Assembly: GCA_032718475.1 (NCBI GenBank)
Contig: JAUCBJ010000678.1
Coordinates: 62,001-126,000, forward strand
Reading direction: 5' to 3'
Source of the DNA: Nemertoderma westbladi
Lineage: Eukaryota; Animalia; Xenacoelomorpha
DNA length: 64,000 bases
The position numbers and the translations under genes are program-made. This document shows positions 53,591-64,000 of the stretch, in pieces. Below the pieces are notes generated by a model, which was not told the origin of the DNA, ran no database searches, and worked only from the letters and a program-made list of their open reading frames with translations. Within the stretch, counting starts at the first letter, position 1. Each line of letters begins with the position of its first letter.

Positions 53591-55996
53591 GTTTTCGTTC
53601 GGTCAGCAATAGGCCTAACTTTGCAAAATGCAGTATTATTGCCTAGTAACCAATTCATGGCTACTATATGGTTTTCACTTTGAGACATTTCGCCCTCTAG
53701 CGGCAGACTGAGGAACTTCAGACTACTCTGTGACTCTGCAAAAGATATAGCCCATATTGTAATAGATACCGACTGGGGGGTCAAAATTAAGTAATAATAT
53801 ATCTAAATAAGTCTCAAACATCTTGCCTCATGGCTCGCCCCTTAGAACTCTTAAGCAATATAACTTCATAGTTTTGCGGATTGTAAATAACAAAGCTAGA
53901 GAAGATGTTAATTTTCAAATAATACGCCCTCTAGCGGCAGACAGGGGAACTTCAGACTACTCTATGACTCCGCAAAAGATATGGCCTATGCCGTAGTAGA
54001 TGCCTACCGAGTTTAAACCTATTCGGAATGAAAATAACAAAGTTAGAGAAGATGTTAATTTTCAGATAATACGCCCTCTAGCGGCAGACTATGGAACTGC
54101 AGACGGCTGGATATAGGTAAGAGTAATTAGTAATCAGAGGTGTCACGAGAGGGGGGCGGGGCGCTTGGATACAACTATTATTAATAAGCTGTTGCTTGGT
54201 TAAAGCTAATTGGGGGTCAAAGGTCAACGATAAAGCTGTCTGGATATAGATAAGAGTAATTAGTTACCAGTAAGGGAGCTGTATACCCTATGGCTAAGTA
54301 TAACGAGATGAAAGTCAATGAGGTCATTTAGAAACCAATATATAAAACTAATTATTGGTAAATCTAAAATTAAGTACAAATAAATAAAGTAAAAATAAAT
54401 ACAATTAAATAAATTAAAATTAAATACAAATAATTAATTAAAATTAGGTACAAATAAATAAGTATTAATAAATAAAAGAGCTGCGGTGTCACTTATGACA
54501 CCCTCTTGGGCCTCTAGGCGACAGTTAGACAACACTGACACCATTGCGTATCGGATTGATTAATTAGGATAATCAATTAAACCCTAATTAGGAGTCGTAA
54601 GACACCTATTAGGGTTTAATTGTACTAATTAATTGATGACACCTGTCAATTAGGGTCTAATTAGCCTAATTAGGAGGTGTCACCCAGACAGTCTGGCGCC
54701 AGTCAGTGAGGTCCAACTGTCACCGAGAGCACCAAGACCCTACTACTGCTCAGTATAGGGCGATACACCTATGTATTATCTCATATTTTGGTTGGTATAG
54801 ATTGATATTATCTTGTTATAGCCCGGTATAGGTCAGTATTATCTCGTTATAGGTTGGTATTGTTCTTCATTACGTCCCCATACTGTAGTTCATTCTAGGT
54901 AATTCGTACCCTGTTATAGCTCGGTATAGGTCGGTATTGCATTCTATCATCTCGTCTTAGCTCATTCTAGGTGATTATTAGGTCATTCTAGCTCATTCTA
55001 CTTGTTAGCATGTACCCGTACAGTACCGTCCCTGAGTATCGCTGGTATGGGGCGAGCCATGCAGTGTCGCGAGTTCGTATCATACCCCAGTAATTAAATT
55101 TATATGTGAACACTTACCGACATCCGATAGGGAAAAGGAAGCAAAAAAGGAATCCCATTACTAGAGAAAAAGAAGGGGAAAAGAAACCAGAATTTAAATG
55201 CTGATAAGCTGATATGGCTTTCCCCTTTCTTATACTGTAGCCATAGCAGGTCTATTAATTCTTCAATATTTTTTTAAAATGTGTGTGGGGTTATTTCTAG
55301 GACGATAAAAAAGGCAAAATGCAATTAGCATACTGACTACATTCATTGGCATGAGCCACAGGGATGTACTGCATGCCATTAGCAATGGCTATTGATGGAG
55401 CCAACATACAAAGGTGTGGTGCGACTGTGCGAAGTATTTTCAATCAATTTTAATTAGTAAGCCTAAAAGTACAGGTACAATGTTATGAGTACTGCTAATG
55501 TTCTGCTGCGCCGTTGCAGCATTACATGTCTGTATGTAGGATGAATGTCTACATTCTGAAGTTCTGAGGACCAAACAATTTCCTAATAAGCCTGGTTGAT
55601 AGTGATAATGATAAAAGTGAAAAAAAGGATAAATCTGAGAAAAAATGGGAAAGGGAAACCTTTGGTAGTGCTGCACTTAATTCTTTAGAAATAAATCATT
55701 TCTTTTACTTAAACTATTTCCATTGTCAAATAAAATTAAACTCCCAAGTTGTACTCTAGCTTTTGAAAAGATTACATTTCTCCTCTATATGCCAGACCTC
55801 GCTGGCGTTCGCATTTAAAAAGTCCCGCACTGCAATCTTATACTTATAAAGTGCCAGATTATAAATCTTGTAGTAAATGGATAATAGATATTAAGGTAAT
55901 TGTAATAAATCAATTGGTCAAACGATATATAAAGTAAAGGAACAATACAATATAAATAAAAAAAAGTACGTTAGTTGATTATATTTAGTTGTTCTG

Positions 55997-58900
55997 CTAA
56001 GATAGTTTAAAGAGTTGATTCGATTTACTGGGAGTACGATTTGCACTGGTGGCGCAATGTAAATCTATAGAATGTTGGCGTTGAACGAAGTCAGCAACTG
56101 CCTCAATAGATTGTTCAACGTAGCCAGAACCAGAAGGAGTGGAAACATTGGGATTGAGTATAAAGTTGGTTCCGCCAGGATGTATTTCAGTATTACACTG
56201 CGACACATATTCTAAAGTATGTGAGAGAGGTAAGGTTTGCAGATAAGGTTGAGTTTGAGGCTGCGGTGTTTGAATCAGATAAAAAGGTGATGAGGATTGA
56301 TCCTTGGGGAGCATTGCTTGAAGTTGATCATGGTGCATTTGGGACTGCAATACAAGTGGGTGTGGTTGGGGCTGCTGTAAGGCATGGCGTTGTTGCAATG
56401 CCTGAAGTTGCACCAAAGCTGTGTGTATGTTAATTCCCAGACCGTTAAGAGTGGCCGCCGATAGGTGGGTTGTCAGATCAGATCCCAGAGGCAGGGCACC
56501 GCCACTCAGTACTGGTACGGTTCCAACACCCACAGGTGCAGCGCCGGTCGATGAAACACAAGATGTGCCAACACTAACCGCATGCGTACTAACTACTGCA
56601 CCCAAATTCATTATCCCACCACCCCCATCAGTTCCATTCATTGCACCACAACCAGCAGTATCCTGAAAGATTAGCTGCACCAACTCCAGCGGTAGATTCA
56701 GTTGCAACCCTCCGGTGGTGTCATCCACAGTCTGCACCGCCGGTGGGGGTGCTGGTGCTTCTGAGATCCTTGGTATCACCGTGTTGGAACGATCAATGTT
56801 GCTGAGCTCCTCCATGGCCCGTGTTAATACGTCCTCGGCGCTGTCATCTTCACTATCATTGACAGTATCGTCGTCAATAAGCTCATCGAGCCCGACCGAG
56901 GGCTTTCCTTGCTCGGTTGGTTTGGGGTCTACTGTGGAAACGAGGACCGGCCCCGAGTCACCTAGGAGCACGGCCACATCGCCGATATCGCCAGTGTCTG
57001 TCGTCGCCCGTTCAATCTCGTCGGAGTAGCACTCACGAGCACGACCGCCTTCTAGTTTATGGAGATTCCGCAAATGGAAGTGAATCTTGGATTTACTGGT
57101 GTACTGCCGGGTGCAGAGAAGGCAGCGGTAGACCGGGGTCGTATTGTGCGGGATAGCCAATCGCGAGTCAGCTTGTGTGACATCATTGGGGACATCATCA
57201 GGGACGGCATGAACGCGTTTGTAATGATTAGTACGGGATAGGGCCTTCCTGAAGGTGCGATTACATTGATCGCAGTCGTAGAATTTAGTGGGACGGACTA
57301 CCGGTAAGGATAGCTCGGGAACGGTGGATGGCGGTACTTCGGGATGGATTCGGACGATGTGGTTCACTAGCATACCGCGGCGACGGAAACCCACACCGCA
57401 GTCGCCACATTTAAACACAAACTTGGACAGGTCGGTTGGCGGATGCAGCGGTTGGAATCGCTCGCGTACCGGCCGCTGGATCGCGTTGGGCCCGTGCATC
57501 CGCGCCGTGTGCGTATTCAGTTTGTCCCGTCGGGCGAACCGACGGCCACAAGTCGCGCACAGGAAGTCCTTGACCCCGGAGTGGACAAGCGAGTGGAGTT
57601 TAAGTCGTTCGGCCCGGCCGAACGCCTTGGGGCAACGCGCGCAACGGAACAGCTCGCCGGCCCAGTGAGAGAGACGGCAGTGGTTGAGTAGCTCGTCGTA
57701 GTTCGCGAGATCCGGCGAGCCCTCGGGACAACGGGGACAGTCGTAGCGGCCTGCGACTCCCGCATGGATCGTCACGTGTTCACTCAGCGCGATATCGTCT
57801 CGAAACCGCGCCTCGCACAGCATACAAGCCGACCCGCAGTCTCGCAGCTCGGAATCATCAGTGTGCGCGGTTTCCCAATGCTGTTGGAACTCAACTCCTA
57901 TGAGGAACTGTCTCAGACAGATGGAACATTCAGTGGTAATCAAACTGGGGCTACGCAGACTCCCAGCGGCCGCATTCTTCTTGCGCCTCTTTGGGGCAGC
58001 CCTTTCTTGCCCCCCTTCTACCACCTCTCCTTCTCCCCCTGGTAGCGGTACCTCTTCTTCTTGCTCCCTATAACTTTTGCCCCCGGCTTTCTGCCTGCGC
58101 GTCTGCACTATCGCGAGCCCGTTGCTTCGCAAATACTCCATGCGCTCCCACAGATGTCTCCTTCGATGACTCTGTCTCTCGGCGATAGTGAGGCCACCGG
58201 CGCCGCATTTCCGACAGGAAACCAACGCGATCGGGTAAATCGCGCGCTTCCGAGGGCGATGTACTCTGTCCCCATCCTTCAATTTGGTAACAGGAACTAA
58301 ATCCGATGAATCTGGACTGCCTTTACAACCCTCGAGATTTTTTGTATCTACAAAATATGTTTCTTCTATTGTTGGTTCGACGTGGGGCAGTGGTAACAGG
58401 TCAGTCAATGGTTCCACTGAGTCAGTCACTGGTTCCACCGAGTCTGTCACTACTGGTAACGTTGGGTCAGTCACTGGTTCCACCGCGTCTGTCACTACTG
58501 GTAAAATCGGGTCAGTCAATAGCACCGGGAGGGGCATGGCGTTCATAAATGCAGCGAAATGAGGGGAGTACCAAACCCTAAACTCGCTATTTTTAGACAC
58601 AGTTTTAATTGTAGAAAAATAAATAGCATCTTTGTATTGAAAAGCGTTAAGATTTTGTTCTGTGCAGTCGCGTGCAGGACGAACATACATCATCCAGTTT
58701 GATGAGTTCTCGTCAGTTGTGTTTATCCAGACGTGGCCTTGACGGGTGCTGAGTTTCCATTTTAAGGTCTGGTCTGATGGAATATCCGACTCGTGTGAGC
58801 AATGGATTCCCTCGAGAGGGCCGAACATAGTCCTTGGACTGAATGTCCGTCTCGTGGACACACCACCGGAGCGGAGGACAGCTAGTTTGGTTGGTATGCT

Positions 58901-59023
58901 AGCGAGGGCGCGTGGGAGTACAGCGCGGTCGGGAACTAATGCCATCCCTCCGTGGATTGGGCAGTCTCCGTTGTGGGAAGTTCCGCAGTCGTGGCACCAC
59001 AATAGGTCCGTCTGATATTCCAT
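55997..59023 (-). CDS. PRDM10: PR/SET domain zinc finger protein PRDM10-like, intronless, 1008 aa
   Basis: Zn knuckle WCHDC...HNGDCPIHG; PR domain (FGPLEG, SNWMMYVRPA, EQNLNAFQ, VWYSPHFA); C2H2 array with PRDM10-type FKC..C.VGFRRRGMLVNH...HP...VPELSLPVV; Q-rich tail. Confidence 0.92.
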   Translation of the reverse strand: MEYQTDLLWCHDCGTSHNGDCPIHGGMALVPDRAVLPRALASIPTKLAVLRSGGVSTRRTFSPRTMFGPLEGIHCSHESDIPSDQTLKWKLSTRQGHVWINTTDENSSNWMMYVRPARDCTEQNLNAFQYKDAIYFSTIKTVSKNSEFRVWYSPHFAAFMNAMPLPVLLTDPILPVVTDAVEPVTDPTLPVVTDSVEPVTDSVEPLTDLLPLPHVEPTIEETYFVDTKNLEGCKGSPDSSDLVPVTKLKDGDRVHRPRKRAIYPIALVSCRKCGAGGLTIAERQSHRRRHLWERMEYLRSNGLAIVQTRRQKAGGKSYREQEEEVPLPGGEGEVVEGGQERAAPKRRKKNAAAGSLRSPSLITTECSICLRQFLIGVEFQQHWETAHTDDSELRDCGSACMLCEARFRDDIALSEHVTIHAGVAGRYDCPRCPEGSPDLANYDELLNHCRLSHWAGELFRCARCPKAFGRAERLKLHSLVHSGVKDFLCATCGRRFARRDKLNTHTARMHGPNAIQRPVRERFQPLHPPTDLSKFVFKCGDCGVGFRRRGMLVNHIVRIHPEVPPSTVPELSLPVVRPTKFYDCDQCNRTFRKALSRTNHYKRVHAVPDDVPNDVTQADSRLAIPHNTTPVYRCLLCTRQYTSKSKIHFHLRNLHKLEGGRARECYSDEIERATTDTGDIGDVAVLLGDSGPVLVSTVDPKPTEQGKPSVGLDELIDDDTVNDSEDDSAEDVLTRAMEELSNIDRSNTVIPRISEAPAPPPAVQTVDDTTGGLQLNLPLELVQLIFQDTAGCGAMNGTDGGGGIMNLGAVVSTHAVSVGTSCVSSTGAAPVGVGTVPVLSGGALPLGSDLTTHLSAATLNGLGINIHTALVQLQALQQRHALQQPQPHPLVLQSQMHHDQLQAMLPKDQSSSPFYLIQTPQPQTQPYLQTLPLSHTLEYVSQCNTEIHPGGTNFILNPNVSTPSGSGYVEQSIEAVADFVQRQHSIDLHCATSANRTPSKSNQLFKLS

Positions 59024-59399
59024 TTTGAGGAAATAAATGCTGAACTCTCTGACAGCCTACCAGTCAGCCGGTCCAGCAGTCTGCTCTCTGTTGGTGCTGG
59101 TGGGTTGCCTATCTGCCTTCTGCCTACTGGCTACTGCGACTGGCCTATATGATATCTGGCCAGGCCAGGATACGACTGATACCGGTATCTGGGTATATCA
59201 CATCATAGTACTGTAGTACCGGACCGGTACTGCGGTATCAGTTAATCAGTACGGTATATTATTGTCAATATGAATTCGCAATACAGCAATAAATACATCG
59301 GTAGCTTACATACCGCAGTCAGGCAGTAGGCCTACCGGAAAAATGCTGAAAATATGACATGATGTGATATGCCAGTGGGGTATTATGCTACAGGCAAAC

Positions 59400-59900
59400 C
59401 AATGGGTGTTGACATTCACAGCAGCATAAGAATCAACGGCTACAATATTATGCGGGGTCGACACATGACCTTTCTTGGGGTAAAAATCTTTGGCTCAGAA
59501 AATGATATTGTTTGCGATATTCGTCAAGAACTGTTACTCCTCTCAAGTTTATTCTATAGGAAGGGTTGGACAACAAGGTGGTATAGCATAACCATAGCTA
59601 CACTGTGGAGGTCTGTGGCTGAGCCTCGGCTACTGTTCTTTACCCGCCTTGCTGCCTTGTAATGGGCTCGATTTCTAGTTCTGAACGGGAGTCCATTGAT
59701 GCCTTGCATCGGCGTGTCCTCAGAAACTTATTGCATGTCGGCAGCTATGTTAGTAACTCCGCAATCTATGACCTTATGGGGGTGCGACCATTGTCACTGG
59801 AATCCGTTCGGGCCTATGTGGGATTACTCTTTAGAATAAAGAACTGTCCTAAGAACACAAGACTTTAATCGGCCTTGAGAGTAGCTTTGTGTTTAATTGA
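59400..59900 (+). pseudogene. Non-LTR retrotransposon ORF2 remnant (post-RT region), frameshifted
   Basis: IRING...MTFLGV, TLWRSVAEPRLLF and IDALHRRVLRNLL...SNSAIYDLMGVRPL resemble LINE RT thumb and C-terminal motifs. Confidence 0.65.
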
Positions 59901-60189
59901 CAATGTATTATGGTATGACAATTGTATAGTGGCATTGGTAGTACACTCCGGGTCTGCGGTACCATGTTACCCACAACTTAATCTTTATTGAACTTTAGTT
60001 ATCATTTTAAATCTCTCATGTCTCGACTGGAAATGGGGACACCACTCATAGAGGATATCTTAAATATTGAATTTATCAGAACGATTTATGACCTTGTTGG
60101 TATCACTTTCTCTGGAAAACATGACAGGATTTTACGATATTTTAATCGAGTCTAATTTTATTTCAATTTAATTTTTAATAGCCCTTCTG

Positions 60190-60321
60190 TACGGTGGCTG
60201 AATTGTGCCACTTAATACTTTTTTTTTATTTTTTTTTTGAAGCGACTTTTTGGTCGACCAAAAAGTCGCTTCAAAAAAAAAATAAAAAAAAAGTATTAAG
60301 TGGCACAATTCAGCCACCGTA
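60190..60321. mobile_element. Spacerless palindromic MITE with TACGG...CCGTA ends and a 6-bp TSD (IS3EU-like)
   Basis: Hairpin centred on gtcgac at 60253-60258; cttctg duplicated at 60184 and 60322. Confidence 0.8.
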
Positions 60322-61100
60322 CTTCTGGAATATTGTCATGGATTATTTTTTTTTTATAAGACACCCTATTTCTACTTGTTAAATTGCACTATTGCTTCAC
60401 TACAAATGGTTACACAACTTTCAAATATGTAATATTTAACAACTGTTTATTGCGCTTATTCCATTTTTATGGGTTGCTGTTGGTACTGTAACATTTAATT
60501 TAAGTGTGTATTTTGAATCGTAACCCTATAATGACTGTCAGTTTTTATTGTGCTGTGCACTTTTTACTACATTAATATCAATTTTATTTGATTAAAGACA
60601 ATGAAATGAAATGATGTATGCCTGTAGTTACCGTACTATAAACATACATACTAGGCTATACTAAAAACTACGGAAGGCCATAACGGCCATGTCGCGTGCA
60701 AACTTCCATGTCGCGCGCGCAAACTTTATGCCATTTCCGTGTAGAAACATTTGCGCGTGCGACATGGAAGTATGCGCGCGCGACATGGTAGTTCGCGCAC
60801 GCGACATGGAAGTTTGCGCGCGGACATGGAAGTTTGCGCGCGGACATGGAAGTTTGCGCGCGCGACATGGCAGTTCGCGCGCGCGACATGGAAGTTTGCG
60901 CGCGCGACATGGGAAAGCCCATAACGGCCATGTCGCGCGCAAACTTAATGTAATTTTTTGAATTTTGTCTGGGCGGGAAATTTGAATTTATGTGACCTAC
61001 TGTTTGACTGTTCAGCTGTAAGTAATGCAGGAGGAATACAGTTTAGCAGATTGAGTATGTGACAGTCTAGCAGTAGGTTAGCAGTGCTGCAGTGTAAGGT

Positions 61101-61790
61101 GGTACGTACTAAAAGGTAGAACGATCTATAACGGGCTATAACGATCTATAACGATCTATAACGGGCTATAACTTCCTATAAACAAGCAAACAAGCTATAA
61201 CCACCTATGACCTATAACGCGCTATAATATGAAAATTTACATTAAAAAAACGCCCCTTGGGTGTGTTTAACTTTTGGTTTAACACGGTGGTCTGAAAAAT
61301 ACCGCAGGTTAAAAATTAGGGCAGGCCTATCTGCCCAAGCCTAATTGATACTGGTGGTAAGTTTTTTTTATTGGCCTATATCTGTATATTGCTCACTATA
61401 TTCCTGTATTCTATATCGACCAGAAGCTGACAGCGGATAGCAGGATGGAGGATAGACAGAGAGATGGGAGACCTCTCCACTACTGCTGCACTGTCTGATA
61501 GTCAGATAATGCAGTAGTGGCATGCTGACTAATACAGTAATGACTGACTTCGTGATACCACAAAGATGAAAAGCATTATGGCGACTAAAAAACCAAATTG
61601 CCTAATTAAATTACTGACTAGGAAAATAAATCCATTGTAAAATAGGTTTTTTTATTGTAAATTTTCAGATTATAGCTCGTTATAGGTGGTTATAGCTTGT
61701 TATAGGAAGTTATAGCCCGTTATAGATCGTTATAGCCCGTTATAGATCGTTATAGCACGTTATAGATCGTTCTACCTTTTAGTACGTTCC
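61101..61790. mobile_element. Mutator-like MITE with a 9-bp TSD
   Basis: TIR ggtacgtactaaaaggtagaacgatctataac / gttatagatcgttctaccttttagtacgttcc; gtgtaaggt on both sides. Confidence 0.85.
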
Positions 61791-61903
61791 GTGTAAGGTA
61801 GGTAATTGTTGTAGTTCTACAGTCAGTGTGAGAGTAGCAGAGAGCCTATACGGCTATAGCAGGCCTATTCCTGTTCAGGGGTTCACATTACAGTCAAACA
61901 GTA

Positions 61904-63126
61904 GGGTCAGTGAGGGAGACTTGACTTTAGGGGAGACTTGATTTTTTTTAATAACTCAAAAACTATTGTAAATTATTTAACAATACCACACAAAAATGTG
62001 TAAAATACATGTTGGCTACACCCGCGCAACAATGTTTTATTACCTTTTGGTTATTTTTTGTTTTATTGTCAATAAACGTTTTCTGGGTTCAAAAGTAAAT
62101 TTTTGCCCTTGTCAACGAATGAAATATCGCATCCTTATTTTACTGTATGTTAATTGTAATTCACATCATGTGTTGACTAATTATTGCACTATCCTGCCAT
62201 ATATTGTTTTCCAGTTTTGGTTCAGCCGTTTTGAAATTATATCAATTAATATAAAAAAAGCCCATGTGGGGAGACATGACGCCCGAGTGTGAGGGAGACT
62301 TGAAGCCTTCAATGCTGACGTCTACCTAGAGATACACCCGCATAGAGAACCATTACACCAGAGCTCTCCAACTAGTTGATCGGCACTTACACAGACCAAG
62401 CTATCAATGGAATGTGAATACAATGGAGTGGCCAGAGAGAGAGAGAGAGAGAGAGGCCTTGATAAACCCAGCCAAGCCAACCAACTTTTCCTTCCCTCTT
62501 TGCAATGTAGTTAGTAGCCCGCCAACTGGGTGATTGACAGGTTAAACAAGATGCCACTTCGTCAGAAAGCGGCACACATCAATAGAATTACAGGAAAACA
62601 ATTAATATATGCCTGGATTGAAAATTATACAAGATATTCATTAATAAAAAGTACCTTCCCGCGTTAAATTTTAATGCGATTTTAATGAACTATTATTTAT
62701 TCAGTTCTTGTTGGGAGAACCATGTGAACGACCACCTAAATTTGTATAAAATTTTGGATAATAATTTAACAATTTAACAATCGCATTTTTTGAATTTTTT
62801 TTGCTCTACTAGAAAATAGACATGTTGAACATGTAATTATTACACTTCTTCTGCATTTTTGAACGAATTTACAAGTATGCGGGGTGGGGTTCAAGTCTCC
62901 CACCCTAGGTGTCAAGTCTCCCCCCATTGAGGGAGACTTGACGCTTTTTCGAAAATACGAATAAGGTTTAATTAAAAAAAGTTTAAGAGTTGAAATTCTC
63001 AAACTCTCACATAATGATAGCAATCATAAATGTAATGTGAAAAAGTTAAAACGGCATTGAAAAATTTATTTATCTGTTCTTTAGAGCAATTATAACTTTT
63101 GGGGTTCAAGTCTCCCTCACTCACCC
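61904..63126. mobile_element. pogo/Tc1-like non-autonomous DNA transposon with a TA TSD
   Basis: TIR gggtcagtgagggagacttga / tcaagtctccctcactcaccc with internal gggagacttga repeats; inserted at a TA in the host TIR. Confidence 0.8.
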
Positions 63127-64000
63127 TAGGACATGTAAATTCAAATTTCCCGCCCAGAAAAAATTCATAATGGAAATGACATGAGGTTTGCGCGCGACAT
63201 GGCCGTTATGTCCTTGCCCATGTCGCGCGCGCAAACTTCCATGTGGGGCGCGCAAACTTTCATGTCGCGCGCGCAAATGTTTCTACACCGAAATGGCATA
63301 AAGTTTGCGTGCTGACATGGAAGTTTGCGCGCGACATGGCCGATATGGGCTTCCGTAAAAAAACAGACGAAACCTAACTATTGTACAGTGACTACAACTG
63401 TAAATAAGATTATGACAGTATGACGTGAGTGTATATATGATTTGACATGAGTTACTGGGTGCTGGGCCTGGGGGTGTCGATTCTCTCACACATAAATACG
63501 ATTATGTGTGTGTGATTATCGACTTTACCGAGATAATCATCTGGAATCTTCATTTAACCCGAATCAAATTTACTTCCAAAGTTGCTCAATACAATGGCGA
63601 ATCCAATCCAGTTGCCCCCCCCCCCCCCCCCCCCCCCTCCCCCTAAGCGGAAACAATGTGCGAGTGAAATGAGAGGTTTATGAGAGTGGGATAATTAATG
63701 ATTGTATGCAAACTGTTTTTATTTGGAAGAGCATATAAATATTATACAATATATATGTCATACAAACATGTAATTAATGTAGGCCTATATGTAATTATCG
63801 TTTAATGAATAAATTAGATAGTGGGTTGTCTTAACGATATTTTTATTTTTCTAAAATTGTAATGAATTTCAAATTTATTCACTTTCATAAACTTTTTGAG
63901 TCAGAGTTACTATTTTCGCTCTGCCAAACACTTACACTTTCTGAGAGAGGTTCGAAGACCAATTTTGCTGTAATATTCTTACTTTCAATTCTTACTTAAG

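Larger units (their letters stand above)
48160..55016. mobile_element. 6.9 kb composite foldback element: Mutator-like outer ends and a Maverick/Polinton-like inner part (48460-54747)
   Basis: Arms 48160-50140 and 51569-55016 are reverse complements; flanks cctacagt/cgtacagt; inner segment begins AGTAGTAG and ends CTACTACT. Confidence 0.75.
60669..63357. mobile_element. IS3EU-like MITE (TIRs about 340 bp, CpG-rich 21-bp subrepeats) hosting two nested insertions
   Basis: TACGGAAG...CTTCCGTA ends; aaaaac on both flanks; right TIR split at 61903/63129. Confidence 0.75.

Noticed and set aside
56221-59015. Multiple plus-strand ORFs
   Set aside because: Shadow ORFs of the GC-rich PRDM10 coding strand
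60661-60961. Arg/Ala-rich ORFs and p53-like CATG motifs
   Set aside because: MITE subterminal repeats; they do not fit RRRCWWGYYY well

Overview
AT-rich, repeat-dense eukaryotic (animal-type) genomic DNA. It holds three host genes: the last five exons of an ankyrin-repeat DHHC palmitoyltransferase (+, 27-8696), five exons of a divergent CYP2-clan-like cytochrome P450 (+, 19691-46331; the K-helix and heme exons were not found), and an intronless PRDM10 (-, 55997-59023). About half the window is tandem repeat, with unit sizes of 20, 25, 17, 69, 21/35 and 22 bp. The most striking feature is a 13.3 kb array of about 190 copies of the P450 exon-3 end plus its splice donor. Each unit carries a GTAAGT donor, a CTAAC branch-like motif and a CAG that would define an in-frame 12-nt micro-exon. 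Other elements are a 6.9 kb composite foldback with Maverick/Polinton-like inner ends, CTCF-like and tRNA-like motifs and a frameshifted zinc-finger gene; nested MITEs; SINEs; Helitron/Helentron-like pieces; and a LINE remnant. Nearly all long ORFs in the supplied track are repeat artefacts. All calls were made by eye, without database searches.
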